From: an uncultured Bacilli bacterium
Lineage (GTDB): Bacteria > Bacillota_I > Bacilli_A > RFN20 > CAG-449
Direction of reading: 5' to 3'
NCBI GenBank assembly: GCA_947632435.1
Contig: CANRPC010000010.1
Coordinates: 643-64,642 of the forward strand
Length of the DNA: 64,000 bases
The position numbers and the translations under genes were made by a program. The notes below the pieces were generated by a model that searched no databases, had not been told where the DNA came from, and worked only from the letters and a program-made list of their open reading frames with translations. Positions 21,336-30,181 of the stretch are shown in pieces (the stretch's first letter is position 1; each line of letters opens with the position of its first letter).

Positions 21336-21370
21336 TTTATCGTGATTTTCATAAGGGAGGTTTAAATAAA

Positions 21371-22507
21371 ATGAAAAGAAAAATTTTATTTGTTGCTACT
21401 TTAGCATTATCGACATTTGCTATGCAGATGAGTTTAACTTCATGTTCTTCAAAAACTACGTTAAAAGTTTTTAACTGGGGAGAATATATCCAAATGGATT
21501 TATTAAAGCAATTTGAAAAAGAATATGATTGTAAAGTAAAATACTCTACTTTTAATTCTAATGAAGATGCTTTAATTCAAATGGAAAACAATTCATTTGA
21601 TGTTGTTGTTCCAAGTGATTATGCTATTGAAGAACTTGCTTCTAAAAATATGATTCAAGAACTTGATTGGAATAAAATATATCAAGAATATGCAAAAAGC
21701 GAAGAATTAACTTTAGAAGTTACTGATCCTTTAGCTGCTATGAAAGAGCAATATACTGATTTTGTAAATAAAATTACCACTGACTTAAAAAATGATACTA
21801 ATTCATTTGACTTTTTTAAATATGCAGCACCTTATTTTTCAGGAAATGTAGGAATAGTTTATGATGCAGATAAAATTTCTGCCGAAGAAATAGCACAAGA
21901 TGGTTGGAATATTGTTCGTAATGGCTCATATAAAGTTGCCTATTATGATTCTTCACGTGATGGTTTTATGCCACCTTTAAAAGAATTAGGAAAATCAATG
22001 AATACTACTTCAAAAAGTGATATCGATGAAGCTGTAAATTGGTTAAAAGAACAAAAACAATCTGTAGGTAAAAATTTATCTTATGTAACTGATGAAGTAT
22101 TAGATGGTGTTATAAATGGTGTCTATGATATTGCATTAGTTTATTCTGGTGATGCTTGTTATATGATGAGTGAATCAAATCGTAATCTTGATTTTTATGT
22201 ACCAACAAACGGCACAAATGTCTGGGTTGATGGGATGGTAATTCCAACTAGTTCAAAACAAGTTGATTTAGCTTATAAATTTATTGCTTTTATGACTAGA
22301 TCTAATTCTTCTTATCAAAATGCTTTAGAAGTTTGTTATACTCCTACAACAAAAAAGGCTTTAGATTTATTTTTAAATGATGATGACTTTAAAGATTATC
22401 AATCTTATTATTCATATGAAATTCAACCACTTGATGAAATATATCGTTATAACTCATCAATTAAAAAATATATGGATGATAAATGGCAAGATGTCATGAA
22501 TGCTTAA
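21371..22507 (+). CDS. potD: Spermidine/putrescine-binding lipoprotein
   Basis: LTSC lipobox, FNWGEYI, PSDY, YSGDA, NVWVDGMVIP. Confidence 0.92.
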   Translation: MKRKILFVATLALSTFAMQMSLTSCSSKTTLKVFNWGEYIQMDLLKQFEKEYDCKVKYSTFNSNEDALIQMENNSFDVVVPSDYAIEELASKNMIQELDWNKIYQEYAKSEELTLEVTDPLAAMKEQYTDFVNKITTDLKNDTNSFDFFKYAAPYFSGNVGIVYDADKISAEEIAQDGWNIVRNGSYKVAYYDSSRDGFMPPLKELGKSMNTTSKSDIDEAVNWLKEQKQSVGKNLSYVTDEVLDGVINGVYDIALVYSGDACYMMSESNRNLDFYVPTNGTNVWVDGMVIPTSSKQVDLAYKFIAFMTRSNSSYQNALEVCYTPTTKKALDLFLNDDDFKDYQSYYSYEIQPLDEIYRYNSSIKKYMDDKWQDVMNA

Positions 22508-22530
22508 ATATTAAATAATAAATTAATTTG

Positions 22531-22567
22531 AGAGGTGCAATTAAATTTTATTTACACCTCTTTTTTT
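22531..22567 (+). terminator. Intrinsic terminator after potD
   Basis: AGAGGTG...CACCTCT followed by a T run. Confidence 0.7.
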
Positions 22568-22710
22568 ATATTCACATATTTTGATTTTTTAAATATAATT
22601 GATTAGAGAATTATAGATATTTAGTTTATGATTTTAAAGGTTAATTTTCCTATATTATTTAATGTATTTTGTTCCAAAAAGGAGTAAAATTAAATTAATG
22701 GTGAATTAAA

Positions 22711-23550
22711 ATGAAAATGGTAGAGAATCAAAAATTTAATAGCGAAAGAGATTTATTTCAAAGCCGTGAAATTGAAGTTAAAAATTGTGAATTTTATGAT
22801 GGTGAATCACCATTAAAAGAATCATTAAATATAAAAGTTATTTCTTCTAAATTCGCTTGGAAATATCCGATTTGGTATAGCAATAATGTAGAAGTAAATA
22901 ATTGCCTTTTTTTAGAAACTGCTCGTTCAGGAATTTGGTATACTAATAATTTAAATTTTTTTGATAATGATTTAAGAGCACCAAAATATTTTCGCCGTTG
23001 TAATAATATTAAAATTACAAATTGTAAAATGTTTAATGCTCTTGAAACATTATGGAATTCACAAAATATTTTTATAAAAGATTGTGAAGTTAAAGGAGAT
23101 TATTTTGGTTTTAATTCTTCTTTTGCTACGATAGAAAATCTTCATCTTGAGGGTAATTATTTTTTTGATGGAGGAAAAAATATTAAAGTATATAATTCAC
23201 GTTTAATTTCAAAAGATGCATTTTGGAATTGTGAAAATGTGTACGTAAAAGATTCTTATATTGATGGAGAATATCTTGGTTGGAATTCCAAAAATGTTAC
23301 ATTTGAAAATTGCACTATTACTTCTTTACAAGGATTATGCTATATGCAAAATGTCAAATTAATAAATTGCAAATTAATCAATACTACTTTGGCATTTGAA
23401 TATTCCTCTGTCGATGCAGAAATTATTAATGTCATCGATAGCGTTTTTAATCCTTTATCAGGAAAAATTATTGCAAAAGGTATTAATGAACTTACTCTTG
23501 ATGAAACAAAAATTGATCCTTCAAAAACAGAAATAATTATAAAGGGATGA
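22711..23550 (+). CDS. DUF3737-family right-handed beta-helix protein
   Basis: GESPLKE, WKYPIW, SKDAFW, GEYLGW, QGLCY, LAFEYS; regular beta-helix repeats. Confidence 0.85.
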   Translation: MKMVENQKFNSERDLFQSREIEVKNCEFYDGESPLKESLNIKVISSKFAWKYPIWYSNNVEVNNCLFLETARSGIWYTNNLNFFDNDLRAPKYFRRCNNIKITNCKMFNALETLWNSQNIFIKDCEVKGDYFGFNSSFATIENLHLEGNYFFDGGKNIKVYNSRLISKDAFWNCENVYVKDSYIDGEYLGWNSKNVTFENCTITSLQGLCYMQNVKLINCKLINTTLAFEYSSVDAEIINVIDSVFNPLSGKIIAKGINELTLDETKIDPSKTEIIIKG

Positions 23551-24719
23551 TTAAAATGAAATATGATTTTGATAAAGAAACTAATCGCTTAAATAAAGAC
23601 TCATTAAAATGGAATGTCAAAGAAAATGAACTTCCAATGTGGGTAGCGGATATGGATTTTGAAACTGCTCCATTTATTAAAGAAGACTTAGCTAAAAGAG
23701 TTGAAGAAGGTATTTTTGGTTATAATGAAGTCAGTGATAATTGGTATGAAGCATATATAAATTTTTGGCAAAAAAGGCATCATTTTAGCATAAAAAAAGA
23801 ATGGATGATGTTTTGTTTAGGTGTTGTTCCTGCAATTTCATCAATTGTTAGAAGAGTAACATCAATTGGTGACTTTGTTGTTTTATTAACACCTACTTAT
23901 AATATATTTTTTAATTCGATAATTAATAATGGTAGACATCCTTTAGAATCAAAATTAACTTATAAAAATCATAAATACTCTATTGATTTTGCCGATTTAG
24001 AAAATAAATTAAAGGATCCTTTAACAACGTTATTTATTCTTTGTAATCCACATAATCCAATTGGTAAAATATGGGATAAAAAAACATTAAAAAAGATTGG
24101 TGATCTTTGTTATAAATATAATGTTTTAGTTCTATCTGATGAAATTCATTGTGATTTAGTTGATCCAAATAAAGAATATATTCCTTTTGCATCTATATCG
24201 AAAATTAATCAAAAAATTTCTTTGACTTGTATTTCTGTTTCCAAAGCCTTTAATTTAGCAGGTATTCAAACTGCTGCTATAATTGTTCCTGATAAATTTC
24301 TTTTTAATAAAGTTAATAGAGCCATCAATAGCGATGAAATAGCGGAACCTAATTCTTTTGCTCAAGTTGCTGTTATATCTGCATTGACAAAAGGTGAAGA
24401 TTATCTTGATCAATTAAGAAATTATATTTTTGAAAATAAAAAGTTTGTGCGCGAACAATTAAAACATTTTCATGGAATAAAAGTAATTGATTCAGATGCT
24501 ACTTATTTGTTATGGATTGATATTTCTGCTTTAAAAACTAATGCAAATGATTTATGCACTTTTATTAGAGAAAAAACAGGATTATATTTATCAAATGGTG
24601 AACAATTTAAAGGAAATGGAAAATATTTCATTAGAATGAATGTTGCCACTCAAAGATATCGTGTTGTAGATGGAATAAAACGATTTAAAAATGCCATTGA
24701 GGAATTTATTAATCTCTAA
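23547..24719 (+). CDS. MalY/PatB family PLP enzyme (cystathionine beta-lyase-like)
   Basis: PMWVADMDF, LCNPHNP, SDEIH, SKAFNLAG (PLP lysine). Confidence 0.92.
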   Translation: MIKMKYDFDKETNRLNKDSLKWNVKENELPMWVADMDFETAPFIKEDLAKRVEEGIFGYNEVSDNWYEAYINFWQKRHHFSIKKEWMMFCLGVVPAISSIVRRVTSIGDFVVLLTPTYNIFFNSIINNGRHPLESKLTYKNHKYSIDFADLENKLKDPLTTLFILCNPHNPIGKIWDKKTLKKIGDLCYKYNVLVLSDEIHCDLVDPNKEYIPFASISKINQKISLTCISVSKAFNLAGIQTAAIIVPDKFLFNKVNRAINSDEIAEPNSFAQVAVISALTKGEDYLDQLRNYIFENKKFVREQLKHFHGIKVIDSDATYLLWIDISALKTNANDLCTFIREKTGLYLSNGEQFKGNGKYFIRMNVATQRYRVVDGIKRFKNAIEEFINL

Positions 24720-26430
24720 ATTGGTATTGATATAATCTAGCGTAAATACCATTTAATTTTATTAAGGAATCGTGAGTTCCTTTTTCTTTTATTTCTCCAT
24801 CGTTAATAACTATAATTTCATCTGCTTTTTTAACAGTTGATAATCTATGCGCTACAACAATCGTAGTTCTTCCTTGACATAAATTTTCTAATGCTTGTTG
24901 AATTTGCATTTCCGTAACATTATCTAATGCAGATGTTGCTTCATCAAGAATTAAAATTTCAGGATTTTTTAAAAAAGCTCTAGCAATAGAAATACGTTGT
25001 TTTTGACCACCTGATAATTTTACCCCTCTTTCACCAACATATGTATCATATGTAAATTCAAGGCTCATAATAAATTCATGTATATTTGCTTTTTTTGCAG
25101 CTTCAATAATTTCTTCTTCAGTTGCATTAGGCTTTCCATAAGCAATATTTTCTTTAACTGTACCAGCAAATAAAAATACATCTTGAGCAACTATACCAAT
25201 GTGCTCTCTTAAAGATGAAAATGTAAATTTTTTAATATCAATTCCATCGATTGTTATTATTCCATCATTAATTTCATAAAAGCGTGGTAATAAATGACAA
25301 ATTGTTGTTTTACCTCCACCAGTAGGACCAACTAAAGCAATAGTAGATCCTTTTTTAATTTTTAAAGAAAAATTTTTAAGCACTAAAGGTAGATTTTTTT
25401 TATAATTAAAATTAATATTTTTATATTCTATCTCCTCATTAAAATTTTTTAATATTAAAGGATTTTTATCTTCCTTTTCCTCTTCTTCATGCATTATTTC
25501 TACAAAACGTTCAAAGCCAGTCATACCTGATTGTATTTGTTCAAAAATATTAATAAATGTTCTTATAGGATTTATAAGAGTAGCGATATATAGAATATAC
25601 GCGGTCAATTCACCAATATCGATAATTTCAAAATAAAAGAATAATCCACCAGAAAAAATAGCTACAAGATAAAGAAAATCTGTAAAAAAATTCATTCCTG
25701 AATTAAATATTCCCATTTGTTTATAAGCCTTTGCTCTTGCATCTTGAAATGCTAAATTTGAATTTTTAAATTTATTTTTTTCATATTCAAGTGCGTTATA
25801 TGCTTTTAAAACTCTAATTCCCGCGACAGATGATTCTACTTGAGAATTAATTTCTCCAGTTTTAATACGCATTTCTTTAAATGCTTGTTTTTGTTTTTTT
25901 CTTCTATAAATTGCAAATGATACAATCAAAGGCACAATACATAAAATAATTAAAGCTAAATATATGTTAATTGTGCATAACATTATAAATGCTCCGATAA
26001 AAGTAATAATAGATAAAAATAAATCTTCGGGTCCATGATGGGCAAGTTCTGATATATCCATTAAGTCATTGATAATTCTTGACATTATTGTGCCAGTTTT
26101 ATTGTTATCATAGTAATTAAAAGGTAGTTTTTCTAATTTTTCAAACATTGTTTGGCGCATATCACCTTGAATTCTTACACCTACAATATGACCATAATAT
26201 TGAATAAAATAATTTAAAAATAGTTTAACTACATAAATGAAAAAAAGAACAATACACCAAATAATTATAAGATTTAAGGCTTTATTTGGAACATAAATAT
26301 TAATAATGTTTTTTACAATATTAGGATAGAATAAATTACAAAGTGCGACAATTAATGCACATATAATATCCGCGATAAATAATTTTTTATGCGGTTTGTA
26401 AAAAGAAAAAAAATATTGTAAATTTCTCAT
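24709..26430 (-). CDS. ABC exporter, fused TMD-NBD (MsbA/YwjA-like)
   Basis: Six-TM N-terminus, ELAHHGPE, GPTGGGKT, LSGGQKQR, DEATSALD. Start ATG 26430 after SD GGTG. Confidence 0.9.
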   Translation of the reverse strand: MRNLQYFFSFYKPHKKLFIADIICALIVALCNLFYPNIVKNIINIYVPNKALNLIIIWCIVLFFIYVVKLFLNYFIQYYGHIVGVRIQGDMRQTMFEKLEKLPFNYYDNNKTGTIMSRIINDLMDISELAHHGPEDLFLSIITFIGAFIMLCTINIYLALIILCIVPLIVSFAIYRRKKQKQAFKEMRIKTGEINSQVESSVAGIRVLKAYNALEYEKNKFKNSNLAFQDARAKAYKQMGIFNSGMNFFTDFLYLVAIFSGGLFFYFEIIDIGELTAYILYIATLINPIRTFINIFEQIQSGMTGFERFVEIMHEEEEKEDKNPLILKNFNEEIEYKNINFNYKKNLPLVLKNFSLKIKKGSTIALVGPTGGGKTTICHLLPRFYEINDGIITIDGIDIKKFTFSSLREHIGIVAQDVFLFAGTVKENIAYGKPNATEEEIIEAAKKANIHEFIMSLEFTYDTYVGERGVKLSGGQKQRISIARAFLKNPEILILDEATSALDNVTEMQIQQALENLCQGRTTIVVAHRLSTVKKADEIIVINDGEIKEKGTHDSLIKLNGIYARLYQYQFRD

Positions 26431-26450
26431 AATTATCACCTAAATATCTT

Positions 26451-26609
26451 TTATTTTACTTCAGAAATATTGTTATTTCAAATAAAGATAACTCGATTAC
26501 TAAAGAAATTAATCTTCAAAAATCAAATGAAAAAGAAAAAGCTATTATTAATGTTTTGAATGGAATAATGCAAGAATTAAAATAAAAATTGTATCAAAAT
26601 TTGTATCAA
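26451..26609 (+). mobile_element. Possible remnant of an integrative element (startless ORF tail plus arm-type repeats)
   Basis: Startless frame ending ...SNEKEKAIINVLNGIMQELK* at 26585, then TTGTATCAA direct repeats (26589, 26601), about 70 bp from the 3' end of a tRNA. Confidence 0.4.
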
Positions 26610-26647
26610 TAAGGTCTAAAAATCGCAAAAACGCAAAAAAACCATAA

Positions 26648-26672
26648 AAAAATGCCATTTTTTTGGCATTTT
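26648..26672 (-). terminator. Terminator after tRNA-Arg(UCU)
   Basis: AAAATGCC-ATTTTTTT-GGCATTTT inverted repeat. Confidence 0.65.
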
Positions 26673-26680
26673 GAAAACAA

Positions 26681-26757
<77 letters not shown>

Positions 26758-27013
26758 AAATGCAATTTTTATAATAACACAACGAAAAATTTAGTCAAGC
26801 AAATTTATTTTATTTTTTAACGTTTTCTTTGTTGAAGTTAATCAATTTAAAATCTTTAAAATTATATTGGATGAAAATTTTATTGTTTTTTCTTATTTTA
26901 TTAAACCTTTTCTTTCTTTATTTAATAAAAATGTTTAAATTAACTATTTATTTTTTTAAATAGAATTGTTAAATTACATTTGTAGAGATTAAATATTTTA
27001 GAAAGGAATGTTT

Positions 27014-28627
27014 ATGAAAAAAGCAAAATTATTTTTACCTTTACTATCATTATCTTTATTTGCATGTGCCACGAATAATTCAAGTTTATCAAGTGAAACA
27101 ACAAGTAAAGAAACTGATACAAATTCTGTTCAAAATACATCAGAAAAAAAAGATTTAAAACCTACAACTTTATTTATGGTTGGTGATTCTACAGTCGCTT
27201 CTTTTGATGATAATTATTATTACCCACGTTATGGATATGGAACTCAAATGGCAAATTATTTGGATTCAACTGTAACCGTTAATAATTTGGCACTTTCTGG
27301 TCGTTCTTCAAAATCATATATTGTTGAAGCCAATTATCAAACTTTAGTTAATAGCATTAAATCAGGCGATTATTTAATGATAGGATTTGGTCATAATGAC
27401 GAAAAAAATGATGATGAACTACGTTTTACAAATCCAACAGGAGACAAAGAAGATACTACATCTTTTAAATATTATCTTTATGAATATTATATTAAACTTG
27501 CTCAAGATAAAGGAGCAACTCCAATATTATGTACACCAATTGTTAGAGCAAGTACAAGTAATAGTTATACTGGTTCTGATGGACATATTACTTCAGATGG
27601 TGATTATGCAAGTTGTATAAGAAGTTTAGGTGAAGAATTAGGTGTTACAGTTATTGATTTAACAACTTTAACAAAAAATTTATATACAGAAATTGGCTTT
27701 GATGAAGCAATTTATTACCATGCTTGGACAACATCTTCTAGTGCATCAGTTGATAAAACACATTTAAATATTTATGGTGCTAAAAATACGGCTTATATGA
27801 TTTGCAATGCATTAAAAGAAACATCAAATAATCTAAAAAATTATGTTTTAGATGATATAGTTGCACCTACTAAGGAAAAAGATTTAGTGGTAAATCCTAA
27901 TTACAAAGAATCAACATATACTGCTTTTGATCCTAATACATATCAAGCTAACCCACATTTTGCAAATTTCATTTCTGAAGGATGGTATGGTACTGCATTT
28001 GGTGATACTGGAGGAAGCCCAGTTTCTGATTCTAATGGATTTGTCGCAGAAGAAACTCAAGAAGGTATATTTAAAGTTGGTCAAGAAGGAACAGCATCTC
28101 CAAAAGGTAAAATTACATCTTCAAGTGATGGTTTAGCAATGATATTTAAACAAGTTTCTGTTACGAAAAATTTTGAATTAAGTGCTAAAATAAAAGTTCT
28201 TACTCAAGCTGGTGTTAAACAAGCAGGATTTGGTTTGATGTTAAGAGATGATATTTATGTTAATCAAGCCACGCAAAATGCTGCCATTGTATCAAATTAT
28301 TTAGCTTCAGGTATTTATAATAATAGTGATACAACATCTTCTGTTTTATTTAGACGTGAAAATGCTAAATTAGCTAATGAAGGTAATGCTATTAATTCGA
28401 TTTATGCTGTTGATGATGAAGCAACAGCTAAAATAACACGTTTAGGACAAGCTGTTACATTAGAATTTACATACAAAGATCAAACATATACTAAAACATA
28501 TTATGATTTTGATTTAATGGCAATTGATCAAGATTATATGTATGTTGGCATGTTTGCAACTCGTGGAACGACAATTGAATGTAGTGAAGTAACATTTAAC
28601 ATTACTTCAGATGCTCAAGGTGCATAA
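27014..28627 (+). CDS. Lipoprotein SGNH/GDSL esterase (rhamnogalacturonan/pectin acetylesterase, CE12-like) with a C-terminal beta-sandwich domain
   Basis: LFAC lipobox; blocks GDST, SGRSS, GFGHND, DKTH; C-terminal AGFGLMLRDD...YVGMFATR domain. Confidence 0.85.
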   Translation: MKKAKLFLPLLSLSLFACATNNSSLSSETTSKETDTNSVQNTSEKKDLKPTTLFMVGDSTVASFDDNYYYPRYGYGTQMANYLDSTVTVNNLALSGRSSKSYIVEANYQTLVNSIKSGDYLMIGFGHNDEKNDDELRFTNPTGDKEDTTSFKYYLYEYYIKLAQDKGATPILCTPIVRASTSNSYTGSDGHITSDGDYASCIRSLGEELGVTVIDLTTLTKNLYTEIGFDEAIYYHAWTTSSSASVDKTHLNIYGAKNTAYMICNALKETSNNLKNYVLDDIVAPTKEKDLVVNPNYKESTYTAFDPNTYQANPHFANFISEGWYGTAFGDTGGSPVSDSNGFVAEETQEGIFKVGQEGTASPKGKITSSSDGLAMIFKQVSVTKNFELSAKIKVLTQAGVKQAGFGLMLRDDIYVNQATQNAAIVSNYLASGIYNNSDTTSSVLFRRENAKLANEGNAINSIYAVDDEATAKITRLGQAVTLEFTYKDQTYTKTYYDFDLMAIDQDYMYVGMFATRGTTIECSEVTFNITSDAQGA

Positions 28628-28635
28628 TTAAAATT

Positions 28636-28678
28636 AAAAGCTATTGTTAACATTAATTAGTTAATGGTAGCTTTTTTA
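28636..28678 (+). terminator. Intrinsic terminator
   Basis: AAAAGCTATTGTTAAC...GTTAATGGTAGCTTTTT. Confidence 0.7.
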
Positions 28679-28767
28679 TTAAAAAATTTTTTTAAAATAT
28701 AATTCTTGCATTTTGTAATATATTAAACTAAAATTTTATTTATTATTTATAAGGAGAGGGAAATTTA

Positions 28768-30171
28768 ATGAAAAGGAATCGTATTGTATCCTTAATAACC
28801 TTGCTTTCTCTTGGTATTGTTGGTTGTACAAGTAATAGTTCGTCTAGTTCTATAAAAAGTACTAGTAATCAACAAACTTCTGAAACAACATCTAAAGATA
28901 CTTCAGAAGCAACATCAGAAAGCACATCTATGACTCAAACAACAAGTGAAGTTAGTTCTAATAGTGAAGCTAGTTCTAGTAGTGAAGTAAGTTCTAGCAA
29001 AGAAGATAATAAACTTAAACAACAAATTTTGGATGAATTAAAAGGTAATGTTGCTTTTAAAGGTGAACTTTATAAAAAAACTACAAATGGCAATACTTTA
29101 TTAAGTAATGCAGAACTTATTTATGGTAATGATAAAGTTTATTTTTCAAATGGTAATTCCGTTGGTGAAACAATTTATAAAAATAATGATGATGCTATGA
29201 AATATGCATTATCTTTAAAAAATCAAGTAAGTGAATCAAAAGTTGGTCAATGGACTGACTATGCTAATGTCTTTGATTCTCTTCAAATTAGTGATTTTGA
29301 AAAAGTAGCAGATAATAAATTTGCACTTTCAAAAGAAAAATTTCAAGATGTTATCATGCTTTTGTCATTTTTTAAAGATGTTAAGTCTGAATTACAAGCT
29401 GTAGAAATATATACAAAAGAAGATGCATTTGAAAAAATGGAAATTACTTTAAAAGAAGTAAGTGAAACAGAATCAACATATGTTCCATTTGCTACATGGC
29501 AAAAAGAAACTTATAAAGAAGTTAAAAATAAACCTGTTCCTTATGAAGAAAAACAAGAACATCAAACCTTACAGGACGCTTTGACAATGTTAAAAACAGC
29601 TTCTTATAAAGCTAGTTATAAAGTAGAGGAATCTGGACAAGAAGAAAATTTCACTTTTACCTATGTTGAAAATGCTGTTGATTATTCTCAAAGTAATCGT
29701 GGCGAAGGCATTGCAAAAGTTGAAGATAAATATTTTTTCTATACTCGTTTATTAGATGAAATTACAAGAAGAGATGAAGCAACTGAAGAAGATTTCTTAG
29801 CTACTAGACCAAGTTTTGAAGGTGAATTTTCTTTTGCTTTATTTGAAGATAAAGGTAATGGAAAATATGAAACATATGATGATTATGCAGATGGAAAATT
29901 AATTGCTAAACAATTAGCGCCTTATTTTGTTACTGAAGGAAAAGTTAAAGAACTTGCTTCATACGCGGTTGATTTATCTATTAGTTTAAGTTCTTCATTA
30001 GTTCAAGAGATTTCCTTTAATTTTACTAAAGATGATGGAACTAAAGGAAATGTAGTAATAACTTATTCCGACATTAATTCTGCGACATTAGATTTTGATT
30101 TAAGTATTCTTTCTACTTTAGTAGATGGTGGTCAAGGCTCTTGGGGCGATGGACCTCAAGAAGATTTTTAA
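28768..30171 (+). CDS. Uncharacterised lipoprotein
   Basis: IVGC lipobox, ~60-aa Ser/Thr/Glu tether, two beta-rich modules; SD GGAGAGGG. Confidence 0.75.
   Translation: MKRNRIVSLITLLSLGIVGCTSNSSSSSIKSTSNQQTSETTSKDTSEATSESTSMTQTTSEVSSNSEASSSSEVSSSKEDNKLKQQILDELKGNVAFKGELYKKTTNGNTLLSNAELIYGNDKVYFSNGNSVGETIYKNNDDAMKYALSLKNQVSESKVGQWTDYANVFDSLQISDFEKVADNKFALSKEKFQDVIMLLSFFKDVKSELQAVEIYTKEDAFEKMEITLKEVSETESTYVPFATWQKETYKEVKNKPVPYEEKQEHQTLQDALTMLKTASYKASYKVEESGQEENFTFTYVENAVDYSQSNRGEGIAKVEDKYFFYTRLLDEITRRDEATEEDFLATRPSFEGEFSFALFEDKGNGKYETYDDYADGKLIAKQLAPYFVTEGKVKELASYAVDLSISLSSSLVQEISFNFTKDDGTKGNVVITYSDINSATLDFDLSILSTLVDGGQGSWGDGPQEDF
28945..28998 (+). repeat. Three tandem 18-bp units in the lipoprotein tether
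   Basis: AGTGAAGTTAGTTCTAAT / AGTGAAGCTAGTTCTAGT / AGTGAAGTAAGTTCTAGC (SEVSSN-SEASSS-SEVSSS). Confidence 0.85.
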
Positions 30172-30181
30172 AGCGAGGTAA

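Noticed and set aside
18597-21390. Shared MKRKIL start of the 858-aa protein and potD as a target-site duplication
   Set aside because: Generic basic signal-peptide n-region; similarity ends after about 20 bp and does not flank the cassette.
22508-22710. S-box or T-box leader before DUF3737-patB
   Set aside because: No SAM riboswitch or T-box consensus is visible; only the potD terminator and AT-rich promoter DNA.
28945-28998. CRISPR array
   Set aside because: In-frame tandem coding repeat without spacers; no cas genes or repeat-spacer arrays anywhere in the window.
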